A stretch of 64,000 nt of DNA from Chiloscyllium plagiosum. Taxonomy: Eukaryota. This document shows positions 25,830 through 38,150 of the stretch, piece after piece; position 1 is the first letter of the stretch; every line of letters begins with the position of its first letter. Both the position numbers and the translations under genes were made by a program. The notes beneath the pieces were generated by a model. The model had not been told where the DNA came from. It was given only the letters and a program-made list of their open reading frames with translations, and ran no database searches. The DNA lies in the NCBI RefSeq assembly GCF_004010195.1, contig NC_057718.1, forward strand, positions 92,552,540-92,616,539, in the 5' to 3' direction.

Positions 25830-26590
25830 CAGTCATAGGGAAGTACAGCATGGAAACAGACCCTTCGGTCCAGCCCGTCCATGCCGACCCGATATCCTAA
25901 CCCAATCAAGTCCCACCTGCCAGCACCTGGCCCATATCCCTCCAAACCCTTCCTATTCATATACCCATCCAAATGCCTCTTAAATGCTGCAATTGTACCA
26001 GCCTCCACCACTTCCTCTGGCAGCTCATTTTATACCTGTACCACCCTCTGTATGAAAACCTTGCCCCTTAGATCGCTTTTATATGACCTCCCAACTGTAC
26101 TCAATACTCTGACCAATAAAGGAAAGCATACCAAATGCCGCCTTCACTATCCTATTTATCTGTGGTTCTATTTTCAAGGAACTATGAACCTGCACTCCAA
26201 GGTCTCTTTGTTCAGCAACACTCCCTAGGACCTTACCATTAAGTGTATTAGTCCTGCTAAGATTTGCTTTCCCAAAATGCAGCACCTCGCATTTATCTGA
26301 ATTAAACTCCATCTGCCACCTCTCAGCCCATTGGCCCATCTGGTCAAGATCCTGTTGTAATCTGAGGTAACCCTCTTCGCTGTCCACTACACCTCCAATT
26401 TTGATGTCATCTGCAAACGTACTAACTGTACCTCTTATGCTCGCATCCAAATCATTTATATAAATGACAAAAAGTAGAGGACCCAGCACCGATCCTTGAG
26501 GCACTCCACTGGTCACAGGCCTCCAGTCTGAAAAACAACTCTCCTACCACCACCTTCTATCTGTGAGCCAGTTCTGTATCCAATTTATCC
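25830..26590 (-). mobile_element. CR1 LINE fragment with internal deletion
   Basis: ORF 26079..26516 TSGVPQGSVLGPLLFVIYINDLD..FADD. Confidence 0.92.
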
Positions 26591-26831
26591 AATCTATCAT
26601 TTTGTGTTAAGGAGCTGTTTGAACTGCAGAATGACAATTTTGTTCAATGTATTTTTGTGTAGATAGGCAGTCCACAAGTATACTTACTTGTAAATTGTAG
26701 TGAGCGTTAGGAGGTGAACATTTTGGTGGGATTTTAAATTTTGCAAGTATTCATTTCCTGCATCAATGAAATGTTTATTATATAGAATGTCAATAGCTTA
26801 ATTATATGTATTTAATTACCTAACTAAAGTA

Positions 26832-27158
26832 TAGGTGCACAATTCTTTATCCAAAATGCTTGGGACCAACTGGTTTTCGGAATTCAAAATTTTTCAAATT
26901 TCAGAATAAGTGACAGTTTGATGGTGAAATTTTAAAGAAATCTTACCAACCAGCAGACTCACTGTGAATAAAACAGGTCCTGAAACAGAATTGAGGCCTG
27001 CTAGGGCTGGGCCCCATGTCGCTTCTGAGTGACACACATCAAGTGGGTGTAGAGTTGGGTTAACTGTTTGCACGCCAAACAACCGTGTTAATGAGAAATA
27101 AATTTAATGAAGAAACATTCGGATTTCGGAGCTTTTCGGATAAAGGATTGTCTACCTG
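26832..27158. mobile_element. Tc1/mariner (pogo/Tigger-like) MITE, 327 bp
   Basis: 25-bp TIRs TAGGTGCACAATTCTTTATCCAAAA / CAGGTAGACAATCCTTTATCCGAAA (20/25 identical); TA on both sides. Confidence 0.8.
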
Positions 27159-27866
27159 TATTGTAGATTTGTAACGTCTGCCAAGATACAAATCAGTGCT
27201 CCTTTGTACAAAGATGACCGCAGAGTTTTGCTCAGAATAGCTTAGCAGCACCAAGTAAGAGTGCAAAGCATGAAAACATAACTTGTAGTGGTCTGTATAT
27301 TGCCATGGAAATGTGCAAATTGCAAAAAAAAATTGGCAAATATAAAGTGATCATAATATTCTCTCAAGTTTTAAGAAATATTGTGGCTTTTTGAAATTTC
27401 ATTTACTAGTTAGTTCATATTTTAATGTCTCATTCATGTTCAGTCATTTAAAAATAAATCTGCCAATGTTACAAATATGATACCAAAGCACAGATACTAA
27501 CCTGCCACATAATCTGTAATTGTCATTTTCACCTAACTTTGCACATGTATTGGTGGTAGAGATTTGTATACATTGCACACTGATGTTTTTCTGACCGGTT
27601 CTTCAATGATTTTGGCATAGAAACAGCAATTTAACTGTTTGGATCCATTTCGGAACTGTATTACTTTGTAAGCTGTTGGCTGTCAAAATTCAATTTATAA
27701 TATGTCAAAGATTTTATTATGAAATAATTTTCATAATAGCCAAAAATACATGCCAGTAGTTAGAAGTAAAGATAAAACATGAGTATGTAAATATTATCCA
27801 ACATATGGCCACATAATGAGAAAGAGAAGTCAAGTATATAAGCAACAAATGTATTGGATATTCTAG

Positions 27867-27978
27867 GCTCCTCGTGCCAAAATGAACCAGCAGCGATCTC
27901 GACGGTTTCGTGCATCCAAAGAAGGACTGGAACTGGTTGAAGAAAAGAGACAAATGAGGGAAGAAGTGCTTTCTAAAG
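27867..27978 (+). CDS. XRN2: XRN2 exon 4 (APRAKMNQQRSRRFRASKEGLELVEEKRQMREEVLSK)
   Basis: APRAKMNQQRSRRF motif; CTAG| and |GTATGA; 112 nt. Confidence 0.97.
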
Positions 27979-28192
27979 GTATGATATATTTGTATTATGG
28001 CATTTATTTCTCTTCCCAATTCATAATGTTGGAAGCAACATTTGATGGACATCCTCTCTTGGTAAATCATGAATCAAAATGTTTGACTAAATTTAATATG
28101 AATTATGTAGCATTTCTAAGAAATTATATATAGATTACCTTTTTGCTTCTGTACTTATTCTCCACTGTGAAACTGGCCTTCCTATTTTGCAG

Positions 28193-28251
28193 GTGGATTT
28201 CTACCCCAAGAAGAGGTCAAAGAGCGGTTTGATAGCAACTGCATTACTCCT
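28193..28251 (+). CDS. XRN2: XRN2 exon 5 (GGFLPQEEVKERFDSNCITP)
   Basis: FDSNCITP motif; GCAG| and |GTAAGT; 59 nt. Confidence 0.96.
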
Positions 28252-28357
28252 GTAAGTATTAATCATTTGAAAATGGATATGTGAAATTCCAATCTGTTTT
28301 GTGTCACTTGTGGTTGCAAAATATTATTATTGAATTACTCCTTTTGATTTATTCAAG

Positions 28358-28447
28358 GGAACTGAATTCATGGATAACTTAGCAAAGTGTCTTCGGTACT
28401 ATGTTGCTGATCGCTTAAACAATGACCCCGGATGGAAATCCTTAACT
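28358..28447 (+). CDS. XRN2: XRN2 exon 6 (GTEFMDNLAKCLRYYVADRLNNDPGWKSLT)
   Basis: GTEFM continues ITP|GTEFM; AAG| acceptor, |GTAAGT donor; 90 nt. Confidence 0.95.
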
Positions 28448-28829
28448 GTAAGTGTCAATTTATTTCTCACTCTTAGCATCTAGAGTATGAGTGAGGGAGA
28501 AACATTCAGCCTATTTTGTCATACTGTAAATCTGGATGCTCAGTGGTATTCTGGTTACGCTGTTATACTCCTTGCTGAGTCAGGAATGAAACTTTTTCTC
28601 TTCAACTCTTTGAAATTCCTCACCAGTTGACTGCATTAGATACTGGACTGTTTTGTAAATTATGTCCTTGCATGCTAGTTTGCACAAATTGCTCTTTTCT
28701 TGAAAAAAAAAGTGATATTCTGTATTCCTGTCAGCATTTTTTACTGTAGTGAAAAAATATTTGGCAATTTTGGTGTTTTTATTGGTAACAAATATTTAAA
28801 ACAGAAATATCATGTATTAAAAGAAGTGG

Positions 28830-29560
28830 TTAGTGGTATAGTTTGTGCATTGGTTTTAATTTTCCAAAATTCTCTTGAACCTGGAGAAGGTTCCCTTGAT
28901 TAGAGAATAGTGAATACAACTCTTATTCAAAACGTGCGGTAGACACCTCTTACAGGAAAAATGTGGAGTTGATTATTAAAGATGTCGTAGGGGGGCATTT
29001 GGAGATGTTCAAGGTGATTGAACAGAGTTGACAAGCTTTTATTCAAGGCAAGTCATGTTTAACCAACTTATTGGAGTTCCTTGCAGAAGTGCATTTGGTG
29101 TGGTTAAAGGAGAACCAATGGATGGACTGCATATAGATTTCCAGAACACAATTAATGAAGAATCACGTCTGAGTTTATTGCAGAAAATAGGAGTTCATGA
29201 TATAAGAGCTATGTAGTGTCGTGGTTGGAAGATTGGCTCGTTAACAGGAAACATTAGACAAGATGGGTAATTTTCTGGTTGGTAAGACAAAATGAGTGGT
29301 GTACTCAAGGGCTTTGTGCTGAGGACTCAACTTTTTGCAGTTTATATAAATGACATGGATGAAGGGACCAAAGGCGTGATATTGAATTCGCTGATGACAT
29401 GGAGACAGGTGGGAAAATCGGTTGGGAAGAGGTTAGAGGAGGCCACAAATATTGATATGTTAAGTGAATGAGCAAAGATCTGGCAAATGGAGTATACGGA
29501 GGAACATACAAAATTGTTCTTTTGACAGGAAGAGTGAAAATTTGACATGTTAAAATTGTG
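28830..29560 (+). mobile_element. Old CR1 LINE fragment (resumes at about 32235)
   Basis: SGV.QG.VL, YIND.D, F.DD and WQME remnants. Confidence 0.75.
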
Positions 29561-30808
29561 GAGTTTGCAACCTGGAGTATGAATTTTGGGAACTACGGAA
29601 GAATCTCCTACTCGCCACTGCTACAAGATTATCTAAATCATAGCTAAGCACCTTCAGCCAGTCTCTGAGGAAATTGCTCCTGAAACCAGTGTGGCTTCAG
29701 TCCAAATTGTGGAATTATGGGTATGATTTTCACTGTTTGGCAACTCCCAAGAGAAATGCCAATAACACCAAGCACCCTGCATGGCCTTCATTGTTCTGAC
29801 CAAGGCCTTTGATTCAGTCAGTTGGTATGTGCTGTGGAAGACCCTGGCAAAGGCTGGATGTCCAGAGAAATTCATCGACATTCTCTATTTTCCACACAAG
29901 ATGTTGGTGACAAGCATCGCTGATGGGGTCTAAAATTACAATCCTTTGAGGTCAAGACAGGAATCAGCATGGAATATGTTATAGCACCTGCCCTTTTCTC
30001 CACTGTCATTGCCACCATTGTTTTTGTTGAGAACAAGCTTCCTAATGGTGTGGACCTTTTTTCAACTGGTTGAAATCCACGAAGAAAATGACACCAACCT
30101 CACTGTGGAACTTGAGCACTCGTGGCTGGCCATGTCATTTCTTGCACTTGTGGAAGAGGATCATCAAGACTCACAAACACCTTTGCAGAAGCATACCAAA
30201 GAATTGGTCTCCACCACAACCTCAAGAAAATTTGAACCCATTATCGCCTAAGTTCCAGACCATCCCTCCATTAAGATCAATCAAGGAATTCTCCTAAACT
30301 TGGGACATTTCCCTTCCCTGGGGTGCCACACCTCATCTAAAACTGACCTCGATGTGGAGATCCAAACCCCACAGCTAATCTGCGAGTGGCGCCTTCAGGT
30401 GCTTAATGATGTGACATTAAGATCCTTGTGTATAAGGCAGTCGTCCTGCTAACTCTTCCATATGGCTCTGAAACATGGACCATGTATAGGCGTCACCTCC
30501 AGACCCTTGAGAAGTATGATCAATACTATTTGAGATAGATTCTCTGTCATCTGGGAGGACAGACATTGAGGCTGTGATCACCTGCAACTAACTCTACTGG
30601 GGCGGCTACATGCTTGGGATGCCTGAGTTCTGACTGCCAAAGCAAATTATCTTCGCCTAGCTAAAGGGCGGCTTTTGAATGAGAGGAGGATAAAGGAAAC
30701 TTTTCAAAGAATACTTAAAGGCTTCTCTCCAGAAATGCAACATCAAGGTCAATATGGGAGACGTTCCTTAGAAGAAACCGATTTGGAAGGACTGCTGTAT
30801 GAAGAGAG

Positions 30809-30990
30809 CTGAAAATGTGTTGCTGGAAAAGCGCAGCAGGTCGGGCAGCATCCAGGGAACAGGAGAATCGACGTTTCGGGCATAAGCCCTTTTTATGCCC
30901 GAAACGTCGATTCTCCTGTTCCCTGGATGCTGCCTGACCTGCTGCGCATTTTCAGCTCTGATCTCCAGCGTCTGCATACCTCACTTTCTC
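30809..30990. mobile_element. Fold-back Penelope pLTR mini-insertion
   Basis: 55-bp inverted arms 30831-30885 / 30893-30947; 17-bp duplication CTGCTGTATGAAGAGAG (30792-30808, 30991-31007). Confidence 0.88.
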
Positions 30991-31172
30991 CTGCTGTATG
31001 AAGAGAGACAATTCTTTGAGAACACTTGTTGGCAAGAGGAAGTATGGAAAAGGAACCAGGGAAAGGAATGCCAGAGATCTCAAGGTCAAGGAATAGTTAC
31101 ACCTCCTGGAAACACCTGCCAACTCTGATGAGAGATTAGGCTCTAGGATTGAACTCGTCAACCTCACAAGGA

Positions 31173-32085
31173 CTGTTTAAAAAGTGGAGGTCGACACCCC
31201 CTATGATAATCAAAACCAAAACACCCAGAGAGGAGCACCTCACCTTGCAAACTTATAGTGTGACAAAGGGTATAACCTATTGCTCACTCCCCAATCAGTT
31301 AAAAATGAAATGAAATGGAATCCTTTCACCCACTCTATAATTAACAAGTAACAATTTATTTATGTAACTCCAACAGTGAACAAAATAACAAAACAACTAA
31401 CAAACTGGAAAATCCCTCTCTAACTACCTTTCCATATAAAACAAGATTCTATTGGTATGCTGTTTCAGTAACACAGTTCCCACTTATATAAATCTAGATA
31501 ATAAGAACAATAAAAATTAGTCTCTCAAAGTTCACAGACTGCGTTTTCCAGAATGCTGTGTGATTCTGCTGTTGGGGATGTTTTCTCTGTAATTCTTCTG
31601 ATCTGAATGCCTCCCTCTATCGAATTCTTCTATCCGAAATACCTTCTCAATCGTTTTCTGGTGTCAAGAATATTCACTAAATGTGCCATGTACCATTATA
31701 GATGGTGCTTTTTAGAGAGCGTGGAGATTTCTTGTGAGAGCTCGGTGTTTCTTTCTTAGATGATGGGTTTGCTGTCCCTTCAGATAACAGTTGGCTCTCC
31801 GCTCTCTGACATTTGCCTCTCTGTTATATAACCCCTATGACAATTTGAATTCTTATAATATGATTGGTTTCAGGTTGTCAGCGCCATCAGATTTGAATTT
31901 AATTGGTTCTTAGTCTCCAAGTGCCTTTTTAAATTAATTGGCTGAATTTATGCTGCTTGGGCCTGCAAAATGAATGACGTTTTGATACATTGTGTCAATT
32001 CAGAGCACCTGCAGCTCCTTAACCACTTACTTTCATTTTTAAATTTCTAAGCAGAAAGAACACCAGCTTTTAAAGAGGCGTCACA
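31173..32085 (-). mobile_element. Solo-LTR-like element
   Basis: TG...CA ends. The minus strand shows CCAAT boxes, TATA (GGGGTTATATAAC, about 31825) and AATAAA (about 31356) in U3-R-U5 order, with an adjacent purine tract. Confidence 0.6.
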
Positions 32086-32299
32086 ATGCTTCCCCATTTT
32101 ACAATTTTACCATTTTTTTTACACGCCAACTTGTGACAAGGGGCCACAAAACTCATGAACAGTAACACAGAATTTCTTAGGTGGACAATTCATACTCATT
32201 AGTGAGTTATGGATGATGAGAGCATGAATTGCCAAAGACAGGTACAGAAAATAATTAGGAAAGCTATTTATGTGAATGGAATTGGATGCAAAAGTTGGG

Positions 32300-33510
32300 G
32301 GGGCATAGGCTATTCAACTAATCAAGCCTGATTAGCTTGCCCAATCTAGATCATGGCTGATCATCTCAATGTCATATTCTCACATTATCTCCAGACCCCT
32401 TAATATTATAGTCACCTGTTGTCAATTCCTACCTTGAATCTGCATTCTGAGCTTTCACAGCCTCCTAGGGTAGAACATTCCAAAGATACTCCACTCAGTG
32501 AAAAATTCCTCCTCATCTCAGTTTTAAATAGGTCGATTCTAGTCCTGAGATTATGTTTCCAGGTTTGACAATTATCAGCTGGAGGAAGCATCCTAACTAG
32601 ATCAAAAAAACCTGTTGTGGCCTGTTTTAAAAAGAAATCCTTGAGATTACTCTCATTTTTCAAAGCATTAGAGAGTAGAGGCTCAGTTTCCTCAAACTCT
32701 CCTCTTAAAATAATTCCACCATCCAAGGGATTAATCTGGTGAACCTCCATTGCACTCCCTCTGTGGCAAGTCTGACCCTCCTTGAGTAAGAAGACTAGCA
32801 CTCCGCACAGTAATCCAGATGAGATCCGACTAAAACTCTATACAATTGTAGCAATACATGTTGATTTCCTTGCTCAAATTCCCTGTACTTCAGCTCTAAA
32901 GAGCATTGATGAGATCACATCTAGAGTACTTGCACAGATGTGGTCTCTTTATTTAAGGAAGGATGTTAATGCATTGGAAGCAGTCCAGAATTCTTACTAG
33001 TCCAGTAACTGGAATGGGCAGGCTGAGTTAGGAAAGGATAGACAGACAAGGCTTGTGTCCACTGAAGTTTAGAAGAGTAAGAAACAAGTTAATTGAAAGG
33101 TGTAAGATCCTGGGGGGCCATGACACGATGAATGTGGAGTGGATGTTTCCTCTTGAGAGATTCTAGAACTGGGATCATGTTTAAAAATAAACTGTGCTGT
33201 ACGTTTCAGGTATCTGATTTGGAGAGAACTTGAGTGTGTTATTCTGGAACGTGTAGCATGAGGTTGTATTGCTTTCACTGGGTAGGGGTGGTGGCGGTGC
33301 ACCTTGTGTCCCAAACTGATTGGGAAGTCAGAGTCATACAGTACAGCAACAGACTCTTCAGTCTAACTCGACCATGCTGACCAGCTATCCCAAATTTCAC
33401 TAGTCCCATTTGCCTGCATTTGGTCAGTGTCTCTGTCGACCTTTTCCATTTCATGTAACTGTCCAAGTGTCTTTTAAACATTGTAATTGTACCCATCTCT
33501 ACCACTTCTT
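32300..33510. mobile_element. Cluster of CR1 3' fragments in both orientations
   Basis: Minus 32300-32860 (FKTEMRRNF), plus 32880-33200 (WSLYLRKDVNALEAVQ), minus tail 33330-33510. Confidence 0.75.
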
Positions 33511-35430
33511 CTGGTGGGTGGTGATGTTAAGATCCAGAGGAGAATGGGGGGTGGTCTAAACTTTAGTCCTAGGTACCTAAACGCACAACCAGCCACAATG
33601 GAATGGTGAGGGGATGAGCAAAGAGTTGGAAGAGTACAGAAATCGGGAGGCTGCTAGACTGGGAGGTTGCAGGTAGGGCAGGAAGCCAAGAAGGGAACTT
33701 AAAGCAAAGGTGATTTTCTTATAGAAAAGAGGAATATGTAATTCAACTAATGTAGCAATGAGAGTTGGATTTGAATTCCATTACTCCCCACCGAATGCAT
33801 TTTCACGTACTGTGCTTATGCAGAGTACAAATGTGAGTTGGAGAGCAAGGTTAGGAACTGACTATTTATCCCAAAATTAACTCCCATGAGCACGGAATTG
33901 CTTAACCCAAGATTTTGTTTCAGCTCAATAGCAGCCATGTTTTTGACCCAGCACCTAATTACATTTTAGGAAGCTGCAATTGTAGAGTAAGAACCTACAT
34001 TATGAAAAGCTGTGGAGTGCAGGGAACTTCTGTCAACACTGGAGCAGACTCTTCCTGCGTTCAGCAAGTTAGCAATCTTTCAAGTTCCTAAGAACTTTGG
34101 AAAACTAACCGCTTAAAGCAAACTATTTGGCTCCTGAAAGTTTATTTAGTAGACTATAAAATTCTAGAAGCATTGTAAGATTAATGAAGGCCATTTTACT
34201 TTCAAAACTTGGTTTGATAAATGACCAAGTCAAGGGACTATAAAGGGTTATTTTTAAAAATCATAAAATTGCAGATAATTGATGCATTAATTGGAGAAAT
34301 ATTTTTGGTGTCGTAATTTAACTTAATTCCCTGGGTGACAGGAACATTGATCACAGATCAAATTTCTGATCCCAACCAAGCAACAAGTGGTTACAAAAGG
34401 ATGCAGCAGCAGAAAAGGTACTCCCTAATTTCTTTACTTGACCAATTACTTGACTTCTATGATCCCAATTATTGACCTTTCTGGTATTAGGAATAGTCCC
34501 CTCCGAATCACCTACATAGCTGCCTCAGTCTTAATTAAATCTTCGTTCAGCCTTCTCTTTTCCAAGGAAAAAAAACTGCAGTATTTTCAATCTTTTTTTA
34601 TTTAAAATTCTCTATCCCTGGGAATGTCTTTGTCAATCTCCTTTGGATTCTGTCAAATGAAATTGCATCTTTCCTGTTATGCAGTGAGCATAAAGCTAGA
34701 GGTCTATACATTCTAGCATAACTTCATGCTCTTATACTTTGTGTCTGTAAATAAACTAAGGTATTGTATATGACTCCTTAATACCTTCGTCTACATGAAT
34801 GGTTATCTTCAGTGGTCTCAACAACCTTCATTTTACACTTCTCAAGATGCCCATCCTTTCATTTATTCCATTCTGTGTTGTCCTCCCCAACTACGTCACT
34901 TTCCCTCAGTTAATTCTCTGGATAGTTTTCATTTTCCACTTATATGCACCCCCGTCCAGTCCGCTTTTATTTAGCTACAGTCTGCATTTTTCTTCTTGTC
35001 AGTTTGCATATTATCACCATATTAAATATGTCCAAATTAGAAACAGGAGCACCTCAAAACTGCTTGCCATTTAATAAGATCATGATACACCATATTCCTG
35101 CTTACCCTTGAAAAAAAATCCTGTTTTGTTAATAAGAAGCTATTTACCCCTGCTTTTTAAAACATTTTTCAGCTTCTGCCTCTAGTACCTTTCCAGGAAC
35201 AGAGTTCCAAAGACTCATGACACTCTGGTGAAAAAAATTCTCTTTTGTCTTTGGTGCTGTTAGATCTTTGACTTGGGCCAATTCAGGCTAGATAGGGAAT
35301 TATAGGTATAGAATTTGCATTTATTAAGTGGAGAACACTCTTTGAAGTGGTGATATTTATAATGCTGTCAATATGGAAATTAGTTTCGATCACAATAACA
35401 TAATAAATTTGCTTTTTAAAAATTCACTAG

Positions 35431-35503
35431 GTTATTTTGTCAGATGCAAGCGTTCCTGGTGAGGGTGAACACAAGATCATGGATTACATAAGAAGGCAAC
35501 GAG
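35431..35503 (+). CDS. XRN2: XRN2 exon 7 ([24 protein letters not shown])
   Basis: Catalytic PGEGEHKI motif; CTAG| and |GTATGT; 73 nt. Confidence 0.97.
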
Positions 35504-35597
35504 GTATGTGTGCTATATTTGATTGGAAGATGGATTGGGGTGCTGAGGGGTCAGTTGACAGTAATCTTTTTTTTAAATGTTCATTTTTACTTTGCAG

Positions 35598-35648
35598 CTC
35601 AGCCAAACCACGATCCAAACACCCATCATTGTTTATGTGGAGCTGACG
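35598..35648 (+). CDS. XRN2: XRN2 exon 8 ([17 protein letters not shown])
   Basis: [12 protein letters not shown] motif; GCAG| and |GTGAGA; 51 nt. Confidence 0.96.
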
Positions 35649-35792
35649 GTGAGAATTTATCTTTATACTATGAGCCGTGTAGCTCTTGGGGAAGTTAGCT
35701 TTCAGTATCTTTTAACTTGTTAAAGATTGCTTTTGTTTCAGAATCTTGACTGCAATTATGTGGCATATAAATGCCTACTTTCTTTTCAACAG

Positions 35793-35950
35793 CTGATCTT
35801 ATTATGTTGGGATTGGCAACTCATGAACCAAACTTCACTATAATCAGGGAAGAGTTCAAGCCCAACCAGCCTAGGCCATGTGCTCTTTGTAATCAAGTTG
35901 GCCATGAAATCAAAGAATGCCAGGGTTTGCCAAAGGAAAAGCAAGGAGAG
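35793..35950 (+). CDS. XRN2: XRN2 exon 9 (ADLIMLGLATHEPNFTIIREEF...CALCNQVGHEIKEC...), includes CCHC zinc knuckle
   Basis: DADLIMLGLATHE motif; the CX2CX4HX4C knuckle is characteristic of XRN2 rather than XRN1; ACAG| and |GTACGG; 158 nt. Confidence 0.97.
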
Positions 35951-37233
35951 GTACGGTAATAAAAGCTGTAAAATGTTGCTGTTAACTACTTTCAGCAATA
36001 TTAATATCACTTCTGAAAATAAAATGAGATTTCTTCTTTTCTGGTCAAATGGGGAGGCATTTGACTTGTATTACTTGGCAATATGAGGGTGAAAACACCT
36101 GACTCTTTATCCTGTAGATATTGAAGCATTGCTTGAGAAACCAAACCATTTAAACAGTGCTTTAATTCATAGTGCAAATCGATTAGCAGGAGTGTCAGCC
36201 ATAGATTTCCAACATTTAACTTGACGCTCATTTTTATGGCACTTCATGCTCAGCTCACGGATGTGGACATCAAATAAAAGTTTATCTTTAACTTGCAAGA
36301 GCAAAAATATGTGTTTTGTTTACTCTGCATGGTTTAACTCCTTAACTTTCCTACACCTCTTCCCAAAAAGCCCACTTTACAACAGAGAAACACTTGACGA
36401 GCAAAGGTTTTTCAGCTTCGAGTTATTAAACCTGAATCCCTGCAGCCTATTGGTCAGCAGCAACCCATATTTTGAAGCACATCACTTCAACCTTCTTCAT
36501 TGCAACATTGCCAGGTTTAAACACTCAAATTGCTAATGCTTTCTCACCATCATTTTACACTCCTCACATTTTTGTTTATTCTTCTCCTGCAGCAAATGCT
36601 GACTCAACACTGATTTTTTTGTAAATTGAATGCTAGTAAAATTTGCTTTGAGCACACTGCACATCACTATTATTTATTCCCTTAAGAATGGTTCATTACT
36701 GTCTTTTAAGAGTGGCATTTAAGGAAAAGTAATGCTAGATTCAGATTTTACATTTGCTTCTACTGTGCTAATGGGAATGCGACAGCTCTGTTATAGCCTG
36801 CAAGGCTAAGCTTTTTGTGCCACATAATGCAGCTTTCCAAATAGGTTCATACTGTTACAGTAACATTGCCCTATTACCATTACTCCAAAAATAGCGATTC
36901 TTTGGCAGATTGCTTACCTTGTTTACTTTGTGTGTCATTCAGTGCAAAGATGCAAAGCAACCAAATAGCTATTTGGTAATTCTGAACTGGAGGATTACTG
37001 AAAAAAAGTGCATTTTGTCAAAGCTTTTTGACTTGCACGCATCTACAATTTGCAAGAATACCAAATCAAACAAAACCACTGTTTATGCTAGTCAGAGAGA
37101 TATGAGCTAATTCATGGGCAAGTGAACTCTGCCATGGCAACACTACTAATTATGTTAAACATTCCATCCATTTATTACTGTAATTTCATGTTGTATAAAC
37201 TTTGTTTTCCCCTTGAGTTGGTCATCGTGCAAA

Positions 37234-37269
37234 TTGTCCTGATGAATCCGTTATGAAAACCTTTGACAA
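37234..37269 (+). ncRNA. Degenerate hammerhead-like motif (another Penelope-type remnant)
   Basis: TTGTC-CTGATGA-ATCCGTTAT-GAAA-ACCT-TT-GACAA: 5-bp helix I closes the core, stem II is weak. Confidence 0.45.
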
Positions 37270-37329
37270 AATGTGTCAGCAATAAATAATGACATTGAAG
37301 TGCCCTCAAATAAACTAGATATGCTTACT

Positions 37330-37500
37330 GTGTTCATAAGGAAAGATTAGGATAGCCGTCCAAAGGCTTGTTCAAAGTGGTAGACCTTTAAGAAAAGTTT
37401 TAAATGAGTTCAAGATGTTAAGAAAGGTGTTCCAGAGCTTGGGTGCTGAGCAGCTGAAAACAATATCAAGTAATGGAGATGAGAAAAATCGTGGTGTGGT
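37330..37500 (-). mobile_element. L2-like LINE 3' remnant
   Basis: Degenerate TTCCAGAGCTTGGG..GCAGCTGAA segment typical of reverse-oriented L2 tails. Confidence 0.4.
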
Positions 37501-37860
37501 AAAATGTACAGGCAGTTCACCAGGTTACGAATGGGTTCTGTGTTTTGACTCCATATGTAAGTCTGATGCAATGCAGGACAATATAAAGTAACTGCTTGTA
37601 AGTACATGAAATGTTTGTCAGATCTTTAAAATTAAATCCCAGTAAAGGATCACATTCATAAGCATGGGTGCTTATAGCCAAATGTTCATATATTGGGGAG
37701 CCCTGTACTTTGCTGCTACACAATGGAGATATTCTGTTGGGTATAAATGTAATAACGGTAAGTGTATTCTTTGTTTTTTTTTAAAAAAAGTTGTTGGTAT
37801 TAAGATTGGCGAGTTTTTCACAGTCAAAATTATGATATTTTTCTTCCTTTCTTCCTTTAG

Positions 37861-37938
37861 TTTGATCAATTAGGAAGTAATCCTCCAATTGGCTCAGAAG
37901 TGGAATTCATATTTATTCGACTAACTGTATTGCGTGAG
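37861..37938 (+). CDS. XRN2: XRN2 exon 10 (FDQLGSNPPIGSEVEFIFIRLTVLRE)
   Basis: EFIFIRLxVLRE motif; long pyrimidine tract TTTAG|, donor |GTGGGT; 78 nt. Confidence 0.94.
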
Positions 37939-38016
37939 GTGGGTTGATCTCAAAAAATTGACTGTTAAAATGTTTGTTTGGCATGAACAAAACATTTTTT
38001 TTTATATTTTAACCAG

Positions 38017-38150
38017 TACTTGGAAAGAGAATTAACTATGGCAAGCCTCCCCTTCAAGTTCGATTTTGAGAGGAGCGTTGATGACTGGGTTTTTATGTGT
38101 TTTTTTGTGGGAAATGATTTCCTCCCTCATCTACCATCGCTGGAAATTAG
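38017..38150 (+). CDS. XRN2: XRN2 exon 11 ([45 protein letters not shown])
   Basis: [17 protein letters not shown] motif; CCAG| and |GTATGC; 134 nt. Confidence 0.97.

Larger units (their letters stand above)
29600..32220 (+). mobile_element. RTE (BovB-like) LINE fragment, interrupted by two insertions
   Basis: AFI.LTKAFDSV..LWKTL.K.GCPEKFI and VYKAVVL.TL.YGSETWTMYRRHL motifs; 3' end resumes after 32143. Confidence 0.8.
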
